From: Eledone cirrhosa | Lineage: Eukaryota | Assembly (NCBI GenBank): GCA_964016885.1 | Contig: OZ024740.1 | Location: forward strand, 374,170,001 to 374,234,000 | Direction: 5' to 3' | Length of the DNA: 64,000 nt | In this document: positions 48,748 through 63,199 of the stretch, piece after piece | Position numbering within the stretch: the first letter of the stretch is position 1 | Layout: every line of letters starts with the position of its first letter | Translations under genes and position numbers: made by a program | The notes under the pieces: generated by a model | What the model was told of the DNA's origin: nothing | Database searches by the model: none | Seen by the model: the letters and a program-made list of their open reading frames with translations, nothing else

Positions 48748-51151
48748 TTAATTAGGTTTATAATATTTAAATGTTTTTCTCAGTTTATGATTACACGATA
48801 TAATTAATTCCTGTCGCTTATTTAATAGGATATCCTTAGATTTCATTATTTCAAATAGTTCTTGGGAACATAATCTACATTCATTTCTATTATTTTGATA
48901 AGGGGTGGCTCTTTTGAGCACACTCCAGGTCATATCATATTCTATATTCTTATTTCTATAACTATTAATTTTTTCTGCTAGAGATGTTGTATTAGCCAGT
49001 GCGGCATTTTTAAAACTATGTTTGTGGGTATTAAACCTTACCTTAAAATTGTTAGAAGTAGCTCCTATATATGAGCAAATAGAATCTTTAGTTTTAGCTT
49101 TACATTTATAAACTATGTTGTTAACAAGACAATTTCCTTTTAATGGGCCGTTTGCTTTGTTTCTACAGTTACAACCTTTCGTTAATTCTGTATTTGAGGA
49201 GATATTATGGTTAGTTTGATGTATTGGTGGTATACTTATGGTATAAGCATTATAGGCACTTATATTTTGTTTTATGTTTTTGGTTGTTGAGTATGAGAAT
49301 TTAACTGTTGACCTATTTAAGATTTGATGGTATTTGTGGTTTGGCGGGAAGTTTTTCTCTAGGATATAAAAAATTTTTTTAGCAATATTATCCTTAATTT
49401 GTAAATTAAATGGAGCATTATACCAAGTAACTCGTCTATTATGGTTTCTATGTTGTTTATTATTGTTATAGGTTGTATCGTGATGTTTACTAGGAGGATT
49501 AATGTTAATGACCTCACCACGCATATTTTTAGTTAGATTTATTGATTTAGGTGTTTTATCTTGTTTATTAGGAGTTTTATTATTAATATTTATTAGAGTT
49601 GTATGATGAGTAGTTTTTTGAGAGTTACTATACTTTATATTAGAGGAGTTGTTGGTATTTTGGGGTATAGTGTGGGTGGCATTTAGGTGTGTACTTTTCG
49701 TTTGGTGTTTGTTGGTAATATTAGGTTGTATGTTTATAGTATTTTTAGTAGAAGGTATATATTCTAATCTATTTTTGTGGCCACTTCTATCTAGAGCTTC
49801 GTTATAGAAGGTCGCATTTTTATCAAATACATCTTGGTTAGACGAAAGGTTAGAAATTCTAAGTGATATATTATATGCAAGGTTTTTAAGGATAGATTTA
49901 GGGTGATTAGATTGTGAGTGTATGTAGTTAAAGTTTTGGTTGGGTTTATGGTAAGGTTGGTAGATACCCGTAGCTAAGTCTAAAGTTATATCTAAGAAAT
50001 TAACTACTTTACTTGTGTTTTCAAAAGTAATATGAAGACTATAATAGTCTTTAAGGAAAGTTCTAATAAGCTTTTTGTTTTTTTCTATTTCTGAGAGGCT
50101 AATGTTGTTGGAAAGGAGAAGACAGTCATCACGATATAAACCACCTTTAAGGTGGGGAAAGGAAGCATTTATGTTGAAAAGAAGAAAGAGGCCCACAAGA
50201 TCAGTAATTTGGGCAGAATCGCTTGAACCCATAGTAATATCAAATAGATTACTATATGTGTTTCTGGTCCAGTATTCATTCTGAAATTCAACAAGTGTTA
50301 GTCTAGCATGTGTAATACTATTAATGTCATCCAAAGTTAAGTTAGATCTATTTGTAGCAAATATCAAAGCTTTGTTCAGGAGTATAGGTGATATAGAAGA
50401 GTAGTAATTATCTATATCAAATTGTAGAAATGAAGCAGAAGATTTACATCTAATATATTTAAACCAGTTAATTACCTGGAAAGTGTTTTCCCAGAGTGGT
50501 AAATTAACATGTTTTCTTAATTGTGGGATGACTCTATCCTAAATTTTTTTGCTAATTATTCCAATATCAGATTTGGAGGGACATATAAGTCTTATAGAAG
50601 GATTTGAGTTAAAGTTTGATTTATGATCCTTCAGATTGAAGTGTGGTCTTTTCAATACCAAAGGTTCAGTTCTATCTTCAATGTTTAGATTTTTTACTAT
50701 GTTGTGTGTTTTGTTGTTGATGTTGGTGAGTGACGCATTATTAGATTTTTTATAATTTTTCCTGAGTTCTTTATATATGAACTCATTATAATCTTCAATA
50801 TCCATGTGATACAAGTTTCCAGTTTTGTCCGAGTGGACATGGATTTTTTTAGACTTTTTTTAGGTCCTTTTGAAAGACAGATTTATACTTCTTAAATTTG
50901 AGGTGTTTAATTAAATTAAAAAGGTCTTTCTCAAAGTCTTCAAGTAGAGAGTTGTGTGGTGAATCTTGTAAGTATTGAAATCATACATATATTTCCCATC
51001 TGCATATTTAGATTTTTTTATCGAAGTGGTAGGCCCTCCATCTAACTCTTCTGATAAATTTGTTAGTTTTCTGTATCATAAGGAGTAAGAAGTCATCCTT
51101 AGAAGGTATTGGTATATTCTTTAAAGAGGTTCCCAAGTATTGTTTTTCCAT
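48748..51151 (-). pseudogene. Penelope-like RT + GIY-YIG endonuclease (premature TAG at 50539-50541, N-terminal frameshifts)
   Basis: MEKQYLGTSLKNIPIPS, LKDHK.NF, RLICPSKS, QFDIDNYY, FDITMGS, GLYRDD, VNFLDITL, YHKPN, WYNAPF, CNC.....(C)PL.GNC, IVY..YIGAT..FK.R..H. Confidence 0.9.
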
Positions 51152-51245
51152 TGTGATATGGATAATGGACAATAGAAAGAGCTCAACTAAATGTATATGA
51201 GGTTATAACATCATACATATATATGTATATACATAAATATAAAAA

Positions 51246-52032
<787 letters not shown>

Positions 52033-54705
52033 ATATAGTAATCTATTTGATATTACTATGGGTTCAAGCGATTCTGCCCAAATTACTGATCTTGTGGGCC
52101 TCTTTCTTCTTTTCAACATAAATGCTTCCTTTCCCCACCTTAAAGGTGGTTTATATCGTGATGACTGTCTTCTCCTTTCCAACAACCTTAGCCTCTCAGA
52201 AATAGAAAAAAACAAAAAGCTTATTAGAACTTTCCTTAAAGACTATTATAGTCTTCATATTACTTTTGAAAACACAAGTAAAGTAGTTAATTTCATAGAT
52301 ATAACTTTAGACTTAGCTACGGGTATCTACCAACCTTACCATAAACCCAACCAAAACTTACACTACATACACTCACAATCTAATCACCCTAAATCTATCC
52401 TTAAAAACCTTGCATATAATATATCACTTAGAATTTCTAACCTTTCGTCTAACCAAGATGTATTTGATAAAAATGCGACCTTCTATAACGAAGCCCTAGA
52501 TAGAAGTGGCCACAAAATAGATTAGAATATATACCTTCTACTAAAAATACTATAAACATACAACCTAATATTACCAACAAACACGAAATGAAAAGTACAC
52601 ACCTAAATGCCACTCAAGCTATACCCCAAAATACCAACAACTCCTCTAATATAAAGTATAGTAACTCTCAAAAAACTACTCATCATACAACTCTAATAAA
52701 TGTTAATAATAAAATGTTAATAATAAAACTCCTAATAAACAAGATAAAACACCTAAATCAATAAATCTAACTAAAAATATGCGTGGTGAGGTCATTAACA
52801 TTAATCCTCCTAGTAAACATCACGATACAACCTATAACAATAATAAACAACATAGAAACCGTAATAGACGAGTTACTTGGTATAATGCTCCATTTAATTT
52901 ACAAATTAAGGATAATATTGCTAAAAAAAATTTTTATATCCTAGAGAAAAACTTCCCGCCAAACCACAGATACCATCAAATCTTAAATAGGTCAACAGTT
53001 AAATTCTCATACTCAACAACCAAAAACATAAAACAAAATATAAGTGCCTATAATGCATATAAATGTAAAAATACCATAAGTATACCACCAATACATCAAA
53101 CTAACCATAATATCTCCTCAAATACAGAATTAACGAAAGGTTGTAACTAGAAACAAAGCAAACTGCCCATTAAAAGGAAATTGTCTTGTTAACAACATAG
53201 TTTATAAATGTAAAGTTAAAACTAAAGATTCTATTTGCTCATATATAGGAGCTACTTCTAAAAATTGTAAGGTAAGGTTTAATACCCACAAACATAGTTT
53301 TAAAAATGCCGCACTAGCTAATACAACCTCTCTAGCAGAACAAATTAATAGTTATAGAAATAAGAATATAGAATATGATATGACCTGGAGTGTGCTTAAA
53401 AGAGCCACCCCTTATCAAAATAATAGAAATGAATGTAGATTATGTTCCCAAGAACTATTTGAAATAATGAAATCTAAGGATATCCTATTAAATAAGCGAC
53501 AGGAATTAATTATATCGTGTAATCATAAACTGAGAAAAACATTTAAATATTATAAACCTAATTAATAATATATATTTTAGAAATTAATATATAATTTAAT
53601 TTAAATGTAGTTAACCTATAAATTTAATTTAATTAAAATTCTACTACAGATGAGATTAACAAATATTGTGTAATTCTAAATTGTGAAAAACTTTTAAATA
53701 TTATTAACATAATTAATATATACTTTGTAAATTAATTTATAGATTAATTTTAGTTTATTTAACCTTTATTAAAATTCCTTTACAGATGAAATATAACAAA
53801 ATATCGTGTAATCAATAACATAGAAATATTTTTTAATATTATAAACCTAATTAATGTAAAATTTAGAAATGTATTTATGAATTAATTTTAATTTAGTTAA
53901 CCTATAATTTTAATTTAATTAGCTTAGAATTAAAATTCTAATACAGATGTATTGCAGAATATCATGTAATCATAAACTGAGATAAATTTTTAAATATATA
54001 CCTAATTAATATATTCTTTACAATTAAAAATATATATATATATATATTAATTTTAATTTTTGTTAACCTATAATTATATTCTACTATAGATAAAATACAA
54101 AATCTGCTTTAATTATTATAAACCTAATTAACATATACTATAGAAATTAATATATAATTTTTAATTTAGTTAACCTATAATTTATATTCTACTACCGATA
54201 AAATACTTGATTTGGTTTTCCCTATTACTAAATTCATTTCCTAATATTGATACCATAATGTTAATATTTTTAATTTAGTTATGCTATAATTAATACTCTA
54301 CTACTGTTCAACTTCAAAATTCCGCTTCAAATATTATAAACCTGAGTAGTATACACCTTAGAAATCAATATACTATTTTTATATCAATAACTATTTTTAA
54401 TTTAGTCAACCTATAATTAATAGTCTACTTATATTAAAATGTATAATTTTGCCTTCTTTCTTACATTTCCTAATACTGAAACTACTATGTAAACAGATAT
54501 TATGATCTAAATGCAGATTAATATTCTATGTTCCTTGAAACCTATATTTACTATTTCCCACTAATAATTTTAACCCCTCCCCCCCTATAATTATTTGTTT
54601 TTGTAAGCGTGGATGTATGTATGTGTATGTAAGTAGGTATGTATGTTTGGGTGTTTGTAAGTGAGTATAAAAATACATATGTGCGCATGTAAATAAGTGT
54701 GTATG

Positions 54706-54744
<39 letters not shown>

Positions 54745-54923
54745 ATATATGTATATATATGTATATGTGTGTGTATATATATGTCTATATATGTATGTGT
54801 GTATGTATATATGTATGTGTGCGTGTGTATGTGTATATATATTTGTAGAGATGTGTGTAAGTATATATATATATGTGTGCATAATTGTCTGACTGTGTGT
54901 ATTTATTTATTTATTTATTTATA

Positions 54924-54982
<59 letters not shown>

Positions 54983-55013
54983 GTGTATGTGTATGTGTGT
55001 GTGTGTGTATGTA

Positions 55014-55052
<39 letters not shown>

Positions 55053-56226
55053 GTGTGTATGTATATCTCTTTATTTATGTATGTCTGAGTTGTGTGAGCG
55101 TGTGGTGGTATGTGTATATACATACATGGATATGTGTATGTGTGTGTATATATACGTATATGTATGTGTGTGTGTGTGTATATATATGTGTGTGTGTGTA
55201 TATATATATATGTATGTATGTGTGTATGTGTATGTACATATATGTGTGTATATATATATATGTGTGTTGTGAATATATGTATATATATATATGTGTATAT
55301 GTATATGTGTCTATATATTTATATATGTATATGTATGTGTCTCTCTATATATATGTATGTATATATATGTATATATATGTATATGTATATATATATATAT
55401 GTGTATATCGATGTGTATTTTATATTTTACTTGTTTATTTTTTTAATATATTTCTTTTTATTTCTAAACTTATAGATACATTTTATAAATAGGCAGTTGT
55501 CTGACACCCTTAGTAATTACTGACCCCGTTCACCTACTTCTGCATCTAGATGTAAATATATGTGGCAGTGCTTATGTGTGCGCCTTAATATCCATATAGT
55601 TATAATAATAGTTTATACATATGTGTGTGTGTGTGTGTGGGTGTGTGTGTGTGTGTATGTTCGTGGGTACGTGTATGTTTATGTGTATATGCGTGTGTGT
55701 GTGTGAATGTATCTATATGTGTGTATATATGAATGTATATATGTTTATATACGTATGTGTATTTTATCTGTAGATTATAAACATACAGAGACATTAGCCC
55801 TGAATTTTTGTATTTACATACATTTTTTCGACATGCGTATGTATGTGAACATATATTTTTATGCATATCTGTGAACGAAGTTACTTACATATATACACAC
55901 ACCTAACTGTGTTTTTCTTGATATATTTTTGTGTATCTCATTGGTCAATTTGAACTCTGTTCCCAAACAGACCTGTAATTTTGAATTGTTGTTATTATCA
56001 ATAAATATATTTCATTATTTCTGAAGACGGCATATGTATGTGTTGGTATGTATATTATATTTGATAGTTTGTATAATTTTGTATAATTTTGTACATAGAT
56101 CTGTTGAATATGCATGCCAATTATAACACATATATGTCCTAGAAACGATCGTTAAATAATGAACTTTTTTTGTTTAATATAAGGAACTGTTTCATTGTTT
56201 TATTCATTATTTTTTTAATATTTTAT
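52033..56226 (+). mobile_element. 5'-truncated inverted copy of the Naiad-type PLE
   Basis: ORF fragments 52058..52525, 52779..53150 and 53380..53565, then the same 3' region and hammerhead. Confidence 0.87.
56011..56163 (+). ncRNA. Hammerhead ribozyme with extended stem II
   Basis: 10-bp stem I UUCAUUAUUU/AAAUAAUGAA, CUGAAGA, ~110-nt stem II (UUGGUAUGUAUAUU/AAUAUGCAUGCCAA), GAAA, palindromic stem III ACGAUCGU, cleavage triplet GUU. Confidence 0.8.
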
Positions 56227-56366
56227 CTTGACTCTGTATTCCGTTTATCTTTCACCGTAAGTGATTTTTGAATGCATCTCTTCTTTCCATGATATCCGGA
56301 TTACATAGAGTTCTTCATTACGGATTGGACACTACCGTAAACTCTTGGTAGATTTATCTACATATA

Positions 56367-56430
<64 letters not shown>

Positions 56431-56437
<7 letters not shown>

Positions 56438-56875
56438 TGAATATAAAAGAAAAACGAACACAGACGTATACATATATGTGTTAAAATCGTAAGAGAACAG
56501 ATGCGCTAAGGTGAAGAGAATAGGTGCGCTAATATTATATATAGAAAGGTGCGCTTATATTATATATAGCATACTGTCTAGTTTCTTAATATACTTAGAA
56601 GTGTCAAGGAATGTAATTTATCACCCCCTGATGAATATAAATTAGTAATTCTATTCACAATTAATTTTGCTAAACAACACCAAGTTGCCTGGGTGTCGGT
56701 AGTTACCACAATTCCAGTTTGTATTTATTTCCTTGATTTTTTTCTTAAATTGTGACAAGCAAACACAATACTCTATAGTTAGTATTCCCTTCACCATAAC
56801 CAATCTGGTCCCTTACGATTTGAACACATATATGTATATGTCTGTGTTCGTTTTTCTCTTATATTCAATTATAAT
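56431..56875. repeat. Small element with ~70-bp inverted ends and a decayed internal hammerhead
   Basis: 56431-56500 is the reverse complement of 56803-56875 with mismatches; CTGATGA at 56628. Confidence 0.6.
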
Positions 56876-56955
56876 ATAGGGCTCGGAAATATCTCATTCT
56901 TAGAGCTATTTTATTGTAAGAGACTATTTTGAGTTCCTAACTCAATATATACTTT

Positions 56956-57432
<477 letters not shown>

Positions 57433-58160
57433 TGCGCGCGTGTGTGTGTGTGTGTATAATTATAATACAAATATGACCACAAAACATAAACAATTGAAAA
57501 ATGTAATATTTAAGCGTATACCAATGACAGTCTGTTCTATATCTAATGTTGGGTAGCGGTACTGTTGTCGGCTTCCCATGTCGTTAGGCTAATTTCGCAA
57601 AGCGTGAACAAATAGGCCTGTAAGGAAAATAAAATCGCACGGCTCTCATACAATCATCTGGTAAATCAAAAACCCCACAAAACTATAAACGGCAAAGGAC
57701 AACAATAGTAGGAGGTTACCAAGTATGGTATGATGACAAAAGACGTAAACAACACTGTAGAAAAGATTCGTGTGTATAGGGCCAAATTTAAAAATGACTG
57801 TGTAGCGATCTTTTCATATATTTTCCCTGATCTATTTTTCTTTTCATATACCCGTAGGTATTATAATCCTAACTGTTTCCGTTCTTTGTCAACTATTTGT
57901 TTGCTCGACTGCTTCCGCTCTCGAGCCAAGCTTTCCGGAGGGAAATAGGTTTGATTTGGGCCTATCACCCGGGATGTGATCTGAATGAACGTTTTCTACT
58001 CTAACTATCCCCCAAAATGGGGTCACTCGCTACATCTAACTGATGGACGGATAAGTTTATTTTTATTTTCATTTATTTTTATTTATTTATTCCGTTTCAC
58101 CAGTCTTCTTTCTGAAATTTGGAATCAATAGCTACAAACATACACCCACGCAATCATATG

Positions 58161-58199
<39 letters not shown>

Positions 58200-58200
<1 letters not shown>

Positions 58201-58618
58201 TATGTACACGTACATACATATATGTATACAGACGTACACTAGTATGTATATACTTACATACATGCCCACACATATGTACGTATGGGTTTACCGAACATAT
58301 ATTATAATGATCGTTTTGTTTGTAAACAAACACCCCGAATTATTAGCCGTACAGTGTTCGGCAACAACGTTGCCCATTTGTGCAACACTCACAAAAGAAC
58401 GATGAACTAGTTTCTAGCTTATTAACTGTGATCAGCACATTCCAGTCAGTTGTTTGAAAGTTTGAAAGTATATACTTTCCCTATGCATATTATCGGCTAA
58501 GCAGCCGAATTTGCATATCGAGTGAGTTAGTCGGCCGGTTGTTCCCGAAAACGATCAATGGAAAAAATGAAATTTTATTTCTCACTCCTAGTACGGCTGA
58601 TACTTAAATATACATGCA
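58200..58618 (+). repeat. Unclassified ~428-bp repeat family, one unit
   Basis: Homologous to 60283-60432, 60432-60658 (inverted) and 61020-61695. Confidence 0.7.
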
Positions 58619-58796
58619 TATATATATATATATATATATTGGAATAAATGCTCTGAAATAGCGATATATATGTGAATATAGACATAGAATATTCGAAAAT
58701 ATTCTGTATGTTTATAATAAACATTTTGAAGACCTAATCGCTATAGAATAGAATACGTCACGTATTACAATTAGATTCTCGATAAAAGCAAGGGAA

Positions 58797-58839
58797 GTAA
58801 TCTACGCGTTTCATTCTTATTAGAAATCTTCAGGACTAC
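58797..58839 (-). ncRNA. Minimal type I hammerhead ribozyme
   Basis: Reverse complement of 59962-60004. Confidence 0.85.
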
Positions 58840-59106
58840 ATATCCAGTGCTTTTATCGAGAATGACACAGCTAGAGACTTATAGAATACTTAGCTGTGTA
58901 CATGAACTGGTTTGAAAGAGCGGTTGCCGGTCCGGCAGAAATTAGAAATTGGAATAAATGCTCTGAAATAGCGATATATATGTGAATATAGACATAGAAT
59001 ATTCGAAAATATTCTGTATGTTTATAATAAACATTTTGAAGACCTAATCGCTATAGAATAGAATACGTCACGTATTACAATTAGATTCTCGATAAAAGCA
59101 AGGGAA

Positions 59107-59149
59107 GTAATCTACGCGTTTCATTCTTATTAGAAATCTTCAGGACTAC
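59107..59149 (-). ncRNA. Minimal type I hammerhead ribozyme
   Basis: Reverse complement of 59652-59694. Confidence 0.85.
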
Positions 59150-59651
59150 ATATCCAGTGCTTTTATCGAGAATGACACAGCTAGAGACTTATAGAATACT
59201 TAGCTGTGTACATGAACTGGTTTGAAAGAGCGGTTGCCGGTCCGGCAGAAATTAGAAATTGGAATAAATGCTCTGAAATAGCGATATATATGTGAATATA
59301 GACATAGAATATTCGAAAATATTCTGTATGTTTATAATAAACATTTTGAAGACCTAATCGCTATAGAATAGAATACGTCACGTATTACAATTAGATTCTC
59401 GAGAATCTAATTGTAATACGTGACGTATTCTATTCTATAGCGATTAGGTCTTCAAAATGTTTATTATAAACATACAGAATATTTTCGAATATTCTATGTC
59501 TATATTCACATATATATCGCTATTTCAGAGCATTTATTCCAATTTCTAATTTCTGCCGGACCGGCAACCGCTCTTTCAAACCAGTTCATGTACACAGCTA
59601 AGTATTCTATAAGTCTCTAGCTGTGTCATTCTCGATAAAAGCACTGGATAT

Positions 59652-59694
59652 GTAGTCCTGAAGATTTCTAATAAGAATGAAACGCGTAGATTAC
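59652..59694 (+). ncRNA. Minimal type I hammerhead ribozyme
   Basis: GUAGUC-CUGAAGA-u-UUCU aaua AGAA-u-GAAA-CGCG-UA|GAUUAC; all core nucleotides present, 6-bp stem I, palindromic stem III. Confidence 0.88.
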
Positions 59695-59961
59695 TTCCCT
59701 TGCTTTTATCGAGAATCTAATTGTAATACGTGACGTATTCTATTCTATAGCGATTAGGTCTTCAAAATGTTTATTATAAACATACAGAATATTTTCGAAT
59801 ATTCTATGTCTATATTCACATATATATCGCTATTTCAGAGCATTTATTCCAATTTCTAATTTCTGCCGGACCGGCAACCGCTCTTTCAAACCAGTTCATG
59901 TACACAGCTAAGTATTCTATAAGTCTCTAGCTGTGTCATTCTCGATAAAAGCACTGGATAT

Positions 59962-60004
59962 GTAGTCCTGAAGATTTCTAATAAGAATGAAACGCGTAGA
60001 TTAC
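59962..60004 (+). ncRNA. Minimal type I hammerhead ribozyme
   Basis: Identical to 59652-59694, 310 nt downstream. Confidence 0.88.
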
Positions 60005-60149
60005 TTCCCTTGCTTTTATCGAGAATCTAATTGTAATACGTGACGTATTCTATTCTATAGCGATTAGGTCTTCAAAATGTTTATTATAAACATACAGAAT
60101 ATTTTCGAATATTCTATGTCTATATTCATATATATATATATATATATGT

Positions 60150-60690
<541 letters not shown>

Positions 60691-60898
60691 CGTTTCTGGA
60701 TTTGTTTAGCAATATTCTTTATCTGAAAACGTGTGTAGGATCCGCTATTGTTAAACTTTGGGAGGTTCATGTTGCCAATAAGAAACTCACGCACCAGTTG
60801 CTTTAACTTCAATTTATTATAATAAATTTATAAATTTAGGAATTTATAAATTTCCGGTTGGTTGGTGGGTTCCACAACCAGATGGTTGTTTATATATT

Positions 60899-60941
60899 GT
60901 CAAAGTTCTTTCGTCACACATTCTATGACCTCTTCAGTGAC
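60899..60941 (-). ncRNA. Minimal hammerhead ribozyme motif
   Basis: GUCA-CUGAAGA-g-GUCAUA gaaug UGUGAC-GAAA-gaacUU|UGAC; same stem III as 43925-43968. Confidence 0.65.
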
Positions 60942-61019
60942 TGGGAATATTTTCTTTGTTTTTGTGCCTCTCCTTTGTTCTGTCCTACGCCATCTTGTTT
61001 TTGTGTGTGTGTTATATAT

Positions 61020-61691
61020 ATATACGTATGTATACGTACATACATATATGTAATCAGACGTACGGTAGTATATATATATACATACATGCACACATATATA
61101 TATATATATGTACGTATGGATTCACCAAACATTTATTACAATGCTCGGTGTGTTTGTAAACAAACATACCGTATTAAGCCGTAGTGTCCAGCAACCACCG
61201 TTGCTCGTTTGATCAACACTGACAAAGGACCTCTGTACTAGTTTCAAGCTTGTTAGCTATCCTCAACAACGTATACCTTCCTGCCAGATAGTTGAACGTC
61301 CGAAAGTATATACTTTCCTTATGCATATTAACGTCTGAGTAGCCCAATTTGCATATCGAGTGGGTTAATCGGCCGGGTGCACTGAAAACGATAAACCGAA
61401 AAAATGAAACGAAATTTCATTTCCCATTCTTAGTACGGCTGTTACTTAAATATAAGTATGTATACGTACATACATATATGTATACATACGTACAGTAGTA
61501 TGTATATATATATACATACATGCACACATATATATATGTACGTATGGATTCACCAAACATTTATTATAATGCTCTTTTATTTTTGTAAACAAACATCCCG
61601 TATTAATCCGTAGTGTCCAGCAACCACCGTTGCTCGTTTGTGCACCGAAAACAATAAACGGAAAAAAATAAAACGAAATTTCATTTCCACT

Positions 61692-61695
<4 letters not shown>
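61020..61695 (+). repeat. Tandem copies of the ~428-bp repeat (second internally deleted)
   Basis: cgtatggattcaccaaacatttatta at 61113 and 61541. Confidence 0.75.
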
Positions 61696-61749
<54 letters not shown>

Positions 61750-63086
61750 CAAGAAACGAAGCAGGATGTGTGGTTACTGTAAACAAAGTGTAAGATGGTA
61801 ATATGAACGAAACAAGAGATGAAATCCTCCATCAGCTTTTAACTGCAGATCATAGATGGTTCGACGCTTGTGAAATTCTTTTTTCACCCACTTTTCGCGT
61901 GCCTCGGACGTCTTTGCCTCTTATCGTCATTTGATTTGTTCGACTTAAGCCCACAAGATTCATTGACTTGTCTCTCTTTTCCTCTCTTTACGTTGCATTA
62001 CTACCATATTGTTTGTTTACTTTTTCCTTTTCGCTCTGTCTCGATAACTTAATTTAGTTATCGTTCGCACTGATTTCAGTTGTCTAGTCGTTAATGCGAA
62101 GAAATACCAATGATAACAGCAGACTATTGATGATGGACAGTCCTGTTTCTCCGTCTATTTTCATTCATATGTTCACATTCGCAACAACGTAGCACGCCAT
62201 TTTTCATTCACATATATATTTTCCCCTCACTGTGGTTCGTATTTTTTCTGTCACATTACTGCTATCCTATTTCTCTCTAAAATAAATATAAAATAGGGTA
62301 TTAAATAAAAAACGCATATCTGTATTTGTATGCGTACCCACAACATCCATCTCACTAGCAATAAAGTACTAGTTATTCACTGAGATAATTGCTGGTCTTG
62401 TACCTAAAGTAGAAACAATTATTAGATGTCTGTAATATATTTTTTATTTTATTTTCTTAGTGGCTCAGTATCGCAGTGTGTGTTTTTATGTCTAGTGTAA
62501 GGTATATGTGATGAATTAAAATTTGATAAAATATCATACAAAGCAAATACAAAGATATACGAAAACAATTAACGTATACATATATATAGAATCATTAGAA
62601 CATCTGACTGATAAAAGCACAAGTCAGTCAATCATATTGGTGGCCTCACCACAGACCGGGCTGACAGAATGGAGGAGGTGTTTCCCCGGAGGAGGGCAAA
62701 GGACCGGCGCTGGAAAAGCCATTCCATCTCGCGAGGCTCACACCTGCGGCTGGCCAACTCAGTGCTTATGGTGGTGAGTAGGGAGGTAGCCATAGGGCCG
62801 AAGACAGCAGAAGTCTCCTAGGATTGATTTTCCTTTTGTAACATTATGTCTTTACCCCTTTACATTTCATCACCCCTGCATTCTTGTATTGCCTTATCCC
62901 TTAATGCTTACTTCAAACAATGTACCAGCGGACCGCAGGCAGATTGTTCGACACGCATGGATGCGTACGACAACTTGACCGAGATGGCGATAATAGCCGC
63001 TAAATTATAGGAAACCACCTGCTGTGATCTGACCGAAAACAAACCAACAAATAAATAGGATGACACACCAATATGATAGAATTAAT

Positions 63087-63199
63087 TGTTTCTACTTTTG
63101 GCACAAGGCCAGCAATTACACAGTACATTACTAGTACTTTATTTTATCGACCCCGTAAGGATGAAAGGCAAATTCAACCTCGGCGGGATTTGAACTCAG
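63087..63199 (-). mobile_element. Short octopus-type SINE copy with ~20-bp target-site duplication
   Basis: gcacaaggccagcaatt..ttttatcgacccc..ggatgaaaggcaaa..cctcggcgggatttgaactcaga resembles, from memory, the abundant octopus tRNA-derived SINE (B-box-like GAGTTCAAATCC on -); ACCAATATGATAGAATTAAT at 63067-63086 and 63200-63219. Confidence 0.8.

Larger units (their letters stand above)
45990..51245 (-). mobile_element. Naiad-type Penelope-like element, full-length ORF region + ~2.7 kb 3' region
   Basis: RT-GIY-YIG ORF, microsatellite-rich 3' region and terminal hammerhead; 45990-50260 is the inverted copy of 52033-56226; ends in (TA)n. Confidence 0.85.
58639..60128. mobile_element. 310-bp hammerhead-containing tandem repeat (non-LTR retrozyme-like), arranged as a perfect palindrome centred at 59400/59401
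   Basis: Unit starts recur at 58641, 58951 and 59261; centre ttagattctc|gagaatctaa; (TA)n on both flanks. Confidence 0.85.

Noticed and set aside
48748-51151. Selenoprotein recoding, reported for some Naiads
   Set aside because: The in-frame stop seen is TAG at a probable Leu position, the long ORF has no in-frame TGA, and no convincing SECIS was found
56270-56360. Hairpin-rich segment resembling a SECIS or hammerhead
   Set aside because: Core motifs incomplete and helices inconsistent
58639-60128. CRISPR-like array
   Set aside because: Units are identical end to end with no unique spacers; eukaryotic context and no cas genes
61750-63060. Possible host exon or TE fragment in higher-complexity sequence
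   Set aside because: Short ORFs with no recognisable motif; cannot be supported without a database search
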